The position numbers and the translations under genes were made by a program. 64,000 nt of DNA, taken from assembly GCF_964355755.1 (NCBI RefSeq), contig NC_092676.1, forward strand, positions 27,422,871 through 27,486,870. Reading direction: 5' to 3'. Below the pieces are notes generated by a model. The model ran no database searches. It worked only from the letters and a program-made list of their open reading frames with translations, and was not told the DNA's origin. Below, one piece after another: positions 1 to 10,597 of this stretch. Position 1 is the first letter of the stretch. Every line of letters begins with the position of its first letter. Origin of the DNA: Antedon mediterranea. Its lineage: Eukaryota; Animalia; Echinodermata.

Positions 1-19
1 AAAATAATGTACGTTTTAC

Positions 20-125
20 CGTGTCCTTGGCGTATTGAATTCCACCAATGAAAAAAATATAAAATATTAACATATTTCCGACCAAGTTTTTATGAATTGC
101 GTTCCTTAGTGATTTCCATAGCTCT
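20..125 (-). CDS. Adhesion GPCR exon: ICL1/TM2 (ELWKSLRNAIHKNLVGNMLIFYIFFIGGIQYAKDT)
   Basis: tctacag acceptor, gtaaaa donor, phase 2 to 0; IHKNL motif of family-2 7TM receptors. Confidence 0.92.
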
Positions 126-3100
126 CTGTAGAAATAAAAGCCACATTATTCATTTTCAATATTTTATTCATTATTTTGTTTTTTTAGAATATCATCAGTA
201 ACAAAATTAAGATTTTTAATGGATAAAATCTTGGAAAATCAAAACGTACGTAGGCCTAAACGTAAACAGTCAGAAATACAAATTTAGAATATACCCCTAG
301 ATGTTGACACTCGTATCACAATTAATGTTACTTTGGAAAAGTGCCCTCCTTCATATTCTCAGGGTTCGGGTTCGTGTTTTACATTTTTACAACAAATTCA
401 TTGGTGACGTAATTAGTTCTACCGGTGACGTAGTAGGCCTACCGGTGACTTAATAAGCCTACCGGTGACGTAATACGTTACCTGAAAAATATGTAGGTGA
501 CAGCGGTAAAGATAAGCGCTATGATTGAGATACTTAGACCGACGTAAGTGATGTAAGACAACAAAGTTTGGTGTTCAGACTCCAGGCTAGATGTCTAAAT
601 AAGAAGAAAAATTTTACATTGTTTTTGTACCTCAATTATTATTTTATAAATTAGGTTTAAAATCGTAAGAACGTACGCGCAACGTACCGGTAATTGACAA
701 ATCAGAAGCAAAAGTAGTCCTTCGCATCTGATTGGTTAATTTTCTTGCGGCGCGCTACGTCATTATGTTGCATCGTAATAAGAACCAAAAAATGTTATGT
801 TGAAAACGTTCAACGAAAAATCGTCAGTCATTTGGTGAAAAATGAGATTTAAATCGGTTAAATGATCGTACACATTTGTTTTGAATTTCAAAAAGAAAAT
901 GTGACTGAGTACACATTTCCTATACATAACAATAGATAAATACACTACACCTATAACCACCTTTTCCCGCAACTTTCCGCCCTACACTTTTCTCACCTGC
1001 GTACTAACACGCATCAGGACGCCAAAGCTCGTCAGGTGGTTACAAGTACAACGAACCAAGCTATCAAAAACGTTCGAATCCGTGTGACATCCGTCAAACG
1101 ACCAAACGCTGAAGATGTGGAAAATTACATAGGAAATGAGTTACTTATAATGATGTGAGATTTGTATTGTCGTTTACCTTGAGCGTGTACGAGGAAATGA
1201 AAAGATGTAAAACAAATATCGTAGATGTCCGTCGTATTAAATGCACCTGAGTTAATTTACTGGGAGATGAAATGAGTTAGACCGTGTATCCGACGATTAA
1301 ATCGCTATTCAAATTTGTTAATACACGCTGTAAATGTGAACGGGAGTTTACACAAGTTATTTCGCACGGCAAAAAATGATGTAGGCCTACCCGAGATAAA
1401 CGGGTTTTATGATATATTAAGATTCAAATTAAAAATTCAGCGCCCTGGTGGTCAGGTTTTGCAAGCGATCACACTGGTAAATAAATCATTAATTATATCT
1501 ACAATTAGTCGGGTCTTGAACCAATTAAATAATTTAAACAATAACGATATGATATTACCTGGTGTTATATTCAGGATCTAGAAATGCACAATGTAACGAT
1601 GCCCCCTCTGTTTCAGAAATATTAGCCTGTTGAATTGATACAAACTTATTATTAAAGTTATAAGCCATACAGATATTTATTGACTGTTGTTTGATTTTGA
1701 AAACATACGGTACATAAGATGTGGTATTAGTATGGTACCAGGGATAGCCCTATAAATCCCCAAAAGAGGATTTGTCCCCAATTGTGGCTGTACAACCTAC
1801 GCCCTTAACTAATTCTCATCCTTTTCTTCTGAAAAGGTTCTCTCCTGGGCACCGCTTCCCTCACATCACCTTGCGTTGTCTTTTATTTTAACATGAACCA
1901 ACCTTAGTAATCAATATGTTGTATGTAACGTTCGCCTTTACTCTTGTCTCGTCGATAGCGAACACACTTATTGACAGGTAATCTGTTACCATCTCGTATC
2001 GATCAACTTCGAGCGATGTAGATCTAAACAAAAAAATAAAAAATAAAAAAATTGTCGTTTCGTGTTTTTTTTTTCAAATATTGCTAATGATCATGGAAAA
2101 AATATAAATAAAAAGGCAAAAAAAATTAAAATAAAAACAATACTAAGTGTAGTACGTGAGATATCAATGAAAACTGTATGTTATTTTACTTAAGCTTGGT
2201 TCCCACTAGAACGTAACGCAAGGACGTAAACGCAACGCAAGCGTTTTAACCAATGACAAGCGAAGTTATAGACAGTTAGCAATCACAAGCGAATAAGCCA
2301 TCGCTTGTGATTGGTTAATTCACTTGCGTTGCGTTACGTCCTTGTGTTGCGTCGCTAGTGGGAACCACGCTTTAGTAAAATTCAAACAGCCAAACGAATA
2401 CCGTATAGCTATATATGATGGATACCCAGACCTCTTTAAAAAAAAATAACAAAACCCTTTTCAATTTCCCTGATCTGTTTCCAGACTATCTTTCAAGTTG
2501 TATAAATTTGATTGTTTTTAGGCCTCTGTATTTATATATATTATATGTATTTAAAAAAAATTATTTTTTAAATGTAGGCCTATTTATTTATATTATAAAT
2601 AAAAAAGAAAAAAACTTTTACCGACTGTCTGCCGTCACTGATACATTTACAGGATGGTCAGACTCCCAGTAATTTGCCATCACTATTACGGGACCTGTTG
2701 TAATGAACATAAATTATATAACATGCTAGTCACTTAACTTCTCACCGTATGAAGTGACTAACAGTATAAGTGATACTGTGCAGGGGAGTGCTAATTGGAG
2801 ATACGGGGTGGGGAGATAAAGGGTGAGGGAACAGAGGGTTGGAAGATAGAGTGTGAGGGAACAGAGGATGGGGATAAAGGGTGAGGGAACAGAGGGTGAG
2901 GAGATAGTTGGTGGGGGAACAAAGGGTGGGGAGATAAAGGGTGAGGGAACAGAGGGTTGGGAGATAGAGGGTGGGGACATAGAGGGTGAGGGAACAGAGG
3001 ATGGGGAGATAGAGGGGGAGGGAACAGAAGGTTGGGAGATAGTGGGTGGGGGAACAGAGGGTGAGGAGATAGAAGGTGGGGGAACAGAGGGTTGGGAGAT

Positions 3101-5869
3101 AGAGGGTGAGGGAGATAGAGGGTGGGGGAGATAGATGGTGGGGGGAACAGAGGGTGAGGAGATAGAAGGTGGGGGAACAGAGGGTTGGTAGATAGAGGGT
3201 GGGGGAGATAAAGGGTGGGGAAGATAAAGGGTGGGGAAGATAAAGGGTGGGGGAACAAAGGTGGGGTAGATTGAAGGTGAGGGAGATTTAAGGTGGGGGA
3301 GCAGAGGGTTGGGAGATAGAGGGTGGGGGAGATAAAGGGTGGGGGAACAGAGGGTTGGGAGATAGAGGGTGGGGACATAGAGGGTGAGGGAACAGAGGAT
3401 GGGGAGATAGAGGGGAGGGAACAGAGGGTTGGGAGATAGTGGGTGGGGGAACAGAGGGTGAGGAGATAGAAGGTGGGGGAACAGAGGGTGGAGGAGATAG
3501 AGGGTGGGGGAGAGGAAGAATGCCTTGCAAAGCAGTATTTTCTCCACATGGTATGTTATAACAAAAAATTGATATGAAAAAAGTTCATAAATTTCGGCCG
3601 GATCCTCCTTCCCTGTGCGCATGCGTTGAGAAAGTGAAATTTAATTTGTTTTTATATAACGATTCGTATTGTTATTTCAGTAAAAGGAATAAGAGTGATA
3701 AATTGGTCAGATGTTTTGCCATTCTCTAATTAATATTTTTAAGTCGATCGAACTAATATTACAAAAATAAAATCGTTTTTTATAACATCAATTGCCGCCG
3801 GTTTTAGCCACGTTGGTGCTATGCACACCTGTATTCTATCTTTTAATCAATTCAAACTGCAATTATACATAGAATTGATTTTGTGACTACAAAATAGTAG
3901 TTAACGGCGGAATTAACTTAAACCGGATTTTAGTCGTGATTAAATGCACAGCATTTAAGTTACGTTATTATTTACATTTTATATACAGTATGCAATGCAA
4001 TGTAAAGTGTTTGTCTGATCTCATTCAGTTGAATATTATGGGGCGCCATGCGCAGCATGACACTTTTTCTGCGTATGGCGCCCCATAGAACATACCGCCG
4101 CACTAATTTTTTACTATAGTATCGCACGTCATATACGCATAAATGGATGATACCAATGCATACTGCAGGCTTAACCAAATCAATTTTAACTTTCAATGTT
4201 TAGAGACTTACATATATGCTGGAAATAAAAACATCACTTCTTCCCAAATATGTAATTGTAGACATAGGTAAAATGAGCCCCGGGCCTCGGTAGAAACATA
4301 AGTAGGCCTACCGCATAATTGTCTGAAAGCGTCGATCGCACATTGTGTAATAATCGCCGCGTGACTTGTCGCACTTTGTAAAAGTTGTCGCACGTTGTTA
4401 AGACGCCTACCACCGCGTTGAAACTTACACCCTAAATATACGCGCTATTTGATCACAATCTGCGGTGGTAGGCCTATTTATAATAATAATAAATACGTTT
4501 GTTTTTTTTTAAAATTATTATTATCGACCTACCGGTTGTGGCATCAGCAACGTATACAGACATTGTTACGTCTTTATCCCTTTCGGATACTGTAATATTC
4601 TCCAGGCTGATGGAGTTGTTTAATATCACCACACGACCATCTGCCGAAGGAATAACAACAATAGTTAAAAATGGTAATTCGCGAAATGTATTAATAAATT
4701 GTCGGTCACAGTGAGTGCGACCGATATTGACATTAACGTAGTTTTCGTGAGAAAAATAAAGGATTTATACTACTTTGTTATTTTTTATTCATTATTCTGT
4801 GGTTTATGCAGCAGAGGTTCTTTATTTAAATTTAAAGGCCAATTTACACAGACGAGCGGTACAGGTAAGCGGAAAACCGCGTAGTTTGTCCCACGTAGAG
4901 CAGAAACGGGCCGTTCGATCCGTGTTGTGTATATAAAAACAAGAATAACATAGATTCTAAACTTTATATTACCGTTACCGCTCGTCTGTGTCAATTGGCC
5001 TTAAAACATGTTCAGATCTACATGGATTCCGCAGAAAATGAATTATTTTGTAACCTACTCAATATATCGCCTTCGGTTGAGCATTCTAGTAAGTCGGTTG
5101 ATGAAACTCCACTTGAAACACACTTTAGAAACGTTGACTCCACACATTCTATTGATGAAGTTATAGCTACTGGATCCTGTAAATAAATCGAAGCAAATTC
5201 GGTTAGTCGGTCGGTTAAGGCCAACTCAGCACAGCGTTCGACAAGGCCCGACGAAACGTCTTGACACGCGGTGCTGTCTGAGTTGAATCCCGAAAAGACG
5301 AGTCGTCGATCGTGGGATAGCGTCGGGCGTAGTTTTTAGGTCGTCGGGAGAACATTACAGATGTTTAACTTTCTCCCGACGACATGATTCGTCGGGCCTC
5401 CTCGTAGTACGACGCTGTCCGGGGAGGTGTTTAGTCACCCAGATGGGTCATTTGATCTCTATATTAATGTACAGGTAGTTATGTTACTCTGTATACTTAC
5501 TATGTCAACTAACTGGTCGTCTGTGAGACAGGATTCAAGAATGTAACTATTTTCCAAAAATGTTTCGTCTTCTGTGAACATAAAAACAATGTATAAAACT
5601 AATACAGTAGGCCTATTTTAGAGTTTGCCTGGTAATAATAATAACAAATGAGCGTCGCAGTCGGTGGAAACGCGTCGCAGTCGGATATTCGTCGCAGTCG
5701 AAAGTGCGTCACAGTCGGTGAACAAATAAATAATTTTATGAGTTACCTTGTTCGCAAATTGTCGGGTAGGATCTGTCGCAGGGATGGTCGTACCATTTGA
5801 ATTCATTTCTCGTATCAATGTATACACAGTCCTCTGAACGGCCAAACGACTGACCGTTATTCGGCTCAC
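20..5869 (-). CDS. Adhesion GPCR, C-terminal part (GAIN domain, GPS, TM1-TM2); multi-exon, continues past the window start
   Basis: Nine GT-AG exons with matching phases: 5747-5869, 5059-5176, 4533-4640, 2622-2694, 1903-2023, 1559-1626, 997-1108, 482-594, 20-125 (942 nt, open frame). Translation contains the GPS motif CAFLD...WSFDGC...CTCNHL|TSFGVLM, TM1 LSYITYVGLSISIIALIFTAVTYIFFR and TM2 RNAIHKNLVGNM. Confidence 0.92.
400..478. repeat. Short tandem repeat, about 20-bp unit (ctaccggtgacgtaataggc), about 4 copies
   Basis: Recurrent ggtgac(g/t)ta motif at about 20-bp spacing. Confidence 0.7.
482..594 (-). CDS. Adhesion GPCR exon: TM1 (TSSLESEHQTLLSYITYVGLSISIIALIFTAVTYIFFR)
   Basis: tatttag acceptor, gtaac donor, phase 0 to 2; typical aGPCR TM1. 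Confidence 0.92.
997..1108 (-). CDS. Adhesion GPCR exon: GPS autoproteolysis motif (VWSFDGCHTDSNVFDSLVRCTCNHLTSFGVLMRVSTQ)
   Basis: cttcag acceptor, gtgag donor, phase 2 to 0; canonical W-x4-C...CxCxHL/TSF. Confidence 0.95.
1559..1626 (-). CDS. Adhesion GPCR exon: first GPS cysteine (ANISETEGASLHCAFLDPEYNTS)
   Basis: caacag acceptor, gtaat donor, phase 0 to 2, joins the GPS exon in frame. Confidence 0.88.
1903..2023 (-). CDS. Adhesion GPCR GAIN exon (STSLEVDRYEMVTDYLSISVFAIDETRVKANVTYNILITK)
   Basis: tgtttag acceptor, gttggt donor, phase 2 to 0. Confidence 0.82.
2193..2371. mobile_element. MITE family B (Harbinger/Tourist-like), TIR AGCTTGGTTCCCACTAG, TTA TSD
   Basis: Long imperfect inverted repeats, flanked by tta on both sides; related copies at 16342-16493 and 55204-55358. 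Confidence 0.82.
2622..2694 (-). CDS. Adhesion GPCR GAIN exon (GPVIVMANYWESDHPVNVSVTADSR)
   Basis: caacag acceptor, gtaaaa donor, phase 1 to 2. Confidence 0.78.
2800..3515 (+). repeat. Purine/G-rich minisatellite (about 15-bp modules gggaacagagggt/ggggagatagagggt)
   Basis: About 700 bp of almost only G/A on the plus strand; explains the Pro-rich spurious ORFs. Confidence 0.92.
4533..4640 (-). CDS. Adhesion GPCR ectodomain exon (GRVVILNNSISLENITVSERDKDVTMSVYVADATT)
   Basis: cggcag acceptor, gtagg donor, phase 1 to 1, N-glycosylation sequons. Confidence 0.75.
4836..5001. mobile_element. MITE family C (Harbinger-like), TIR AGGCCAATTTACAC, TAA TSD
   Basis: taa|aggccaatttacacagacgagcggta...taccgctcgtctgtgtcaattggcct|taa; related element at 57656-57848. 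Confidence 0.82.
5059..5176 (-). CDS. Adhesion GPCR ectodomain exon (DPVAITSSIECVESTFLKCVSSGVSSTDLLECSTEGDIL)
   Basis: tttacag acceptor, gtagg donor, phase 0 to 1; lies within ORF 5018..5224(-). Confidence 0.68.
5747..5869 (-). CDS. Adhesion GPCR ectodomain exon (VSRITVSRLAVQRTVYTLIREMNSNGTTIPATDPTRQFANK)
   Basis: cgacag acceptor, gtaact donor, phase 0 to 0; lies within ORF 5618..5869(-). Confidence 0.65.
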
Positions 5870-6287
5870 CTGTCGAGAAATCTTAAAAAAAGTAACGTGG
5901 GTTAAAACTTGAACAATAATTAAATTTATTTAGTCTGTAATTCGCATCCACATTGAAGTTGGTCATTTTGTTTATTCATTTCTGTATAAGATGTTGTAAA
6001 AGACAAAGGGTAACTTAATAGACCTACAACAGGAAAAATAATTTTCTCTAAATATTATTATTATTATTTTAATTTCATATCTTTTATGCATACAAAAAAA
6101 AGACATTTAAACAAAAGCAAAATTAGAAAAATAAGTTAATAAGTTATATAACTTATTTCTTCATGATATAAAATGAAACAATAATGAATAAAGCACAATA
6201 ACTTGACAATTGTGGAAAACAAATAAAATAAGTAAAAGTATAAAACGTGAGCAAAACACTTTTGCAAGCGTTTTACCATGAAATAAT

Positions 6288-7070
6288 AAGGTATCTCATC
6301 GTTAAAATATATATTTAACCATAACTTAAAACTGTTACTGTAGATGCGAAAGGTACTATCTCATCGTTAAAATATAACTTTAACCATAACTTAAAACTGT
6401 TACTGTAGATGCGAAAGGTACTATCTCATCGTTAAAATATAACTTTAACCATAACTTAAAACTGTTACTGTAGATGCGAAAGGTACTATCTCATCGTTAA
6501 AATATAACTTTAACCATAACTTAAAACTGTTACTGTAGATGCGAAAGGTACTATCTCATCGTTAAAATATAACTTTAACCATAACTTAAAACTGTTACTG
6601 TAGATGCGAAAGGTACTATCTCATCGTTAAAATATAACTTTAACCATAACTTAAAACTGTTACTGTAGATGCGAAAGGTACTATCTCATCGTTAAAATAT
6701 AACTTTAACCATAACTTAAAACTGTTACTGTAGATGCGAAAGGTACTATCTCATCGTTAAAATATAACTTTAACCATAACTTAAAACTGTTACTGTAGAT
6801 GCGAAAGGTACTATCTCATCGTTAAAATATAACTTTAACCATAACTTAAAACTGTTACTGTAGATGCGAAAGGTACTATCTCATCGTTAAAATATAACTT
6901 TAACCATAACTTAAAACTGTTACTGTAGATGCGAAAGGTACTATCTCATCGTTAAAATATAACTTTAACCATAACTTAAAACTGTTACTGTAGATGCGAA
7001 AGGTACTATCTCATCGTTAAAATATAACTTTAACCATAACTTAAAACTGTTACTGTAGATGCGAAAGGTA
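6288..7070. repeat. 65-bp tandem repeat, about 12 near-identical copies
   Basis: Unit ctatctcatcgttaaaatataactttaaccataacttaaaactgttactgtagatgcgaaaggta; period 65 (6421 to 6486). Confidence 0.97.
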
Positions 7071-7443
7071 CACTGCAGCTGCGTTAGAGCAGTGGTAGGT
7101 GCGGAGTCTTTTTAAAAACTATTATTCAACTATTAGCCAATTTTTTTTTTATTTGTTTACTAACGCAATGAAAAACAACGAGTGGTTAACCAACGTAGGA
7201 CCATAGCCCCGGTCGCGCCCGGTCGTGAATTTATAGAATATTGTCTGTTAAGCTATAGTGTTATATACAGAATGGAAATAATGTTAAACTCTGTCTAAAC
7301 TATATAAAACTAGTTTGACAAAAAAGGTGTGATTTGCCCAAATATGGTAGTGATATAAATAAATATGGTAGTGATATGACATACTAAACTATAAAACTAG
7401 TTTGACAAAAAAAGTGTGATTTGCCCAAATATGTTAGTGATAT

Positions 7444-7859
7444 TGTCACGAACTCCTCTCACGTATGTTTCCGAGCGGTTGAAAATACTTTAGGAACTCC
7501 CTTGTGACATAAAAGTATACACACAAAATCCACAAAGTTGTAAAATAACTCAAAAACAAAGCTTTAATTTCAATCAACTTCAACTTTCAACAATCCAGTA
7601 AGCACTTTAAACAACAGTTTCACAATAACTTTACAATATAATATCCAACCTCTAATCCAACAACCTTCTTCAAAATAAATGCTTCAATCAAAATCCTTCT
7701 CATTATTACATGATTACAGTTTCTATTAATAGCACTTCTGGAATGTTCTTGATTGTTCTTATTAATTATACATGGTTTATTAAATCAAAACATCTTATTC
7801 TAGAATGTTCATGTAAATACTATGTTACTCTATATGTTAGGGAATGGTAATTTATTACA
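7444..7859 (-). repeat. 3' LTR (416 bp)
   Basis: Matches 10598-11013; adjacent PPT agaaagaggggggag (minus strand, 7860-7874). Confidence 0.96.
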
Positions 7860-7932
7860 CTCCCCCCTCTTTCTGAGCTCAAAACTCTTTCTTGGAGTTT
7901 TGAGGGGCAAGTATACACGGACGTGGCAAAAT

Positions 7933-10260
7933 TTAACCCACTCCTAGTCTATAAAACTTAATTACACCATAATAACATAGAACATAATTATTAATAATTA
8001 CTAATAATGAACCAACAATATTCATGTAAATTTGTCGGAATGGTTCACTAACAATTACTGACATAGGAATCATCGGGCCCTTAAATTTAGTTTTATACTT
8101 TGAAGTTTTCTGACAATTTTCACAAGTGTTACAATATTCGGTCACATCCTTTCTAATACCAGGCCAAAAGAATCTCTGCTTTATCCTATCTAATGTCTTT
8201 TTCCTACCTAAATGACCTGCCAAAGGAATATCATGTGAGACTTTCAATACACTATTACGGCAAGGGTATGGAACTACTAATTGCTCTATTGGTTCTGTCT
8301 GGTGTTTAGTGAAAACCTGCCTAAATAAAATTCCATCCTTACAGACTATCTTTATAGTGTCATCATCCTTCTGTACTAACATCTGTTCTCGAAGTGAAAT
8401 TAAAGTTCTATCCTTAACCTGATAATCCTTAATTTTATCTCTGCCAATATCTAAAATGTCTAATTCACTATCTTGGCTAGATTGAGCTTCCTTTGTTTTT
8501 GCAAACTCTTTCCTAACTTTTCGTTTCTCACTTCTGGTTTTATGAACTTTTTCCTTGGGAGGGTTGTTACTGAGTAGTTGGCCATCTAAATGTCCAAATT
8601 CTTCTTGAAAATTAACCACATCATCTAACTGATGTGAAATAACCCCAGAAGCTTTTTCCGACTTTAATTCGTTTTCCTCTCTTAGTTTTTCTTTTCTAGC
8701 ATGATCTCTAGTGGCAACAAAACTATGCCTATCATGATTCTTATCCCTCTTTCCTAATAAGTCTCCAAATTTAGGAAAGTCCCTACCAAGAATTACATCT
8801 CTTGGTAAATCGCTGCAAACGCCAACCAACAAATTATGGTCTTCGTTATTAACCTTAATATTGACGAATGCAGTAGGATAGGCTTGGACATGGTCATGGA
8901 CGCACCTGCATGTAATTTTAGCTTGCTCCGCGCGATTAATTTTCTTAGCCGCTACTAAATCAGAATGAACAAGTGTCATATCACATCCAGAGTCTATCAA
9001 AATTTCACAATCACATCCTTCAACTAGGCCTCTACAAATGTAAGGTGTACATGGTTTTGAAACAGTATCTGTCTTTGTCGACAAAAAGCCATCCTTACTT
9101 CGACAAAATCGTTCTATGTGGCCTACTTTTTTGCACCGTCTACAAACGAGAGGTTGTCTAGCGTCAGATTGTGATTTATGAAAGTTATCAGGGGGATTAT
9201 TATTACCCTTACTGTCAACTTCAGGAGTGCCTTTCACTGTTTTCTCCTGGTTGTTTCTATTTTCGTGTTTTCTATTTTGAAACTTTTTCTCAAAATCGAT
9301 ACCTTTTCTAGCTTGAAAATAATTATCTGCTAATTCCGCAGCATTTAATCCCGAATCTGGTTTATGTTCTTTAACCCAAATTTGTACCCCTGTGGGCATA
9401 ATATCTATCAATTGCTCTAAAATAACAATTTCAGCTAAATCATCTTTGCTTTTATCAGCAGGCCTAGCCCACTTAGTAAATAAATCTTTTAACCTAACAT
9501 ACATTTCTCTATAACTTTCTTCACTTTTCTTTTTAATTGACCTAAACCTTTGCCTATATGTCTCTTCAGTTATGTCATACCTTTGTAATATTGCTTTCTT
9601 CACTATGTCGTACTGGTTACTTTCTGTCACTGGTAGTGATGCATAGGCTGCTCTTGCTTTGCCTGTCAAATGAGGTATTAGTTTTACTACCCAGTGTTCT
9701 TTTCGCCACTCATAGGTGTTAGCAATACGTTCAAACGTAGTGAGATAATTTTCAATATCATCACTATCAGAAAGCTTTGCAATCTGAACTTCCTTCAATC
9801 TCATTATGTCTTTTAATCGTTTCTCCTCACTGTCCTTTTGCTTGTCCATTAACGCCATTACTAATGCTTGCTGTTTCTCCATATCTTCCCTACGTAAACG
9901 TTCTTGTCTTTCCATATCTTCTTTGCGTAAACGTTCTTGTTTCTCTATATCTTCCTTGCGTAAACGTTCTTGTTTCTCTATATCTTCCCGACGTCTTTCA
10001 TTATCTTCTTGACGTGAACGTTCTTGTTGTTTCATCATCTGCTGCATCATAATATTCTGCTGTTGCATTTGCTGCTGCATCAACAACAAAAAGTCTTTTG
10101 AAAATGAGTCAGCCCCTGTAGGGTTATGTCCACTGGTTGGTCCAGACTCTTCTGCCTGTTGTTCAGGTTGAATTGATTGAACTGATTCTACATCCGAATC
10201 AGTTTCATCGCCGCCGCTGTATTCTCTACCGGATCTTGTTGTTGATTGTTTATCAGCCAT
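7933..10260 (-). CDS. Gag (coiled-coil repeats, SCAN-like capsid CTD, CCHC knuckle)-aspartic protease-integrase H2C2 domain, truncated at the start of the integrase core (775 aa)
   Basis: SCAN-like TEETYRQRFR...LKDLFTKWARP...ILEQLIDIMP...WVKEHKP; CRRCKKVGHIERFC; protease LIDSGC; HDIPLAGHLG...CNTCENC; degenerate PFRQIYMNIVGSL then stop. PR followed directly by IN is the Gmr1 domain order. Confidence 0.95.
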   Translation of the reverse strand: MADKQSTTRSGREYSGGDETDSDVESVQSIQPEQQAEESGPTSGHNPTGADSFSKDFLLLMQQQMQQQNIMMQQMMKQQERSRQEDNERRREDIEKQERLRKEDIEKQERLRKEDMERQERLRREDMEKQQALVMALMDKQKDSEEKRLKDIMRLKEVQIAKLSDSDDIENYLTTFERIANTYEWRKEHWVVKLIPHLTGKARAAYASLPVTESNQYDIVKKAILQRYDITEETYRQRFRSIKKKSEESYREMYVRLKDLFTKWARPADKSKDDLAEIVILEQLIDIMPTGVQIWVKEHKPDSGLNAAELADNYFQARKGIDFEKKFQNRKHENRNNQEKTVKGTPEVDSKGNNNPPDNFHKSQSDARQPLVCRRCKKVGHIERFCRSKDGFLSTKTDTVSKPCTPYICRGLVEGCDCEILIDSGCDMTLVHSDLVAAKKINRAEQAKITCRCVHDHVQAYPTAFVNIKVNNEDHNLLVGVCSDLPRDVILGRDFPKFGDLLGKRDKNHDRHSFVATRDHARKEKLREENELKSEKASGVISHQLDDVVNFQEEFGHLDGQLLSNNPPKEKVHKTRSEKRKVRKEFAKTKEAQSSQDSELDILDIGRDKIKDYQVKDRTLISLREQMLVQKDDDTIKIVCKDGILFRQVFTKHQTEPIEQLVVPYPCRNSVLKVSHDIPLAGHLGRKKTLDRIKQRFFWPGIRKDVTEYCNTCENCQKTSKYKTKFKGPMIPMSVIVSEPFRQIYMNIVGSLLVIINNYVLCYYGVIKFYRLGVG

Positions 10261-10580
10261 TTTTTAAATCTGGATGAGGGTCTTGTTACTAGTTAATCGT
10301 AGTTACCGAGACGTTCACAAGTCTACTGTTCCAAATAAATAATGTACTGTTCTTAAAACAATGTTTGTGTACTTACGATTAAACAAAACGTAGCACCACG
10401 GCTTCCGTAAAATATCTCAGTATCGTAAGTACCACTTCCTCAAAATATCAATAAAAGTACAGTTGATCCTAAACAGCCACCAATCTATGGCAAAATACAG
10501 TAGATCAAACTGCTACCACAAAATATCACAACAGTACTGTAGATAAATACACAGTTAAGTCGAACAGTAGATCGAAATAA

Positions 10581-10592
10581 CCGCTGCCACCA
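10581..10592 (-). promoter_or_regulatory. Primer binding site TGGTGGCAGCGG (complementary to the 3' end of tRNA-Leu AAG/TAG type)
   Basis: Plus strand ccgctgccacca, 5 nt inside the 5' LTR; matches the known tRNA-Leu end ...CCGCTGCCA-CCA. Confidence 0.85.
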
Positions 10593-10597
10593 AATTA

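Noticed and set aside
1178-1246. 69-nt AG...GT segment as an extra aGPCR exon
   Set aside because: In the required phase 2 it reads R-C-I-stop inside the GPS motif; at most a poison exon, with no support.
2726-3622. Pro/Ser-rich and Gly/Glu-rich ORFs of up to 298 aa
   Set aside because: Translations of the G-rich minisatellite, open in several frames, inside an intron whose flanking exons already join in phase.
6288-7070. CRISPR-like appearance of this array and those at 40995-41354 and 42010-42425
   Set aside because: Units are repeated in full with no unique spacers, there are no cas genes, and the context is eukaryotic introns.
7933-10260. Domesticated host SCAN/Gag gene
   Set aside because: Flanked by matching LTRs with TSD, PBS and PPT, so it is a recent mobile copy.
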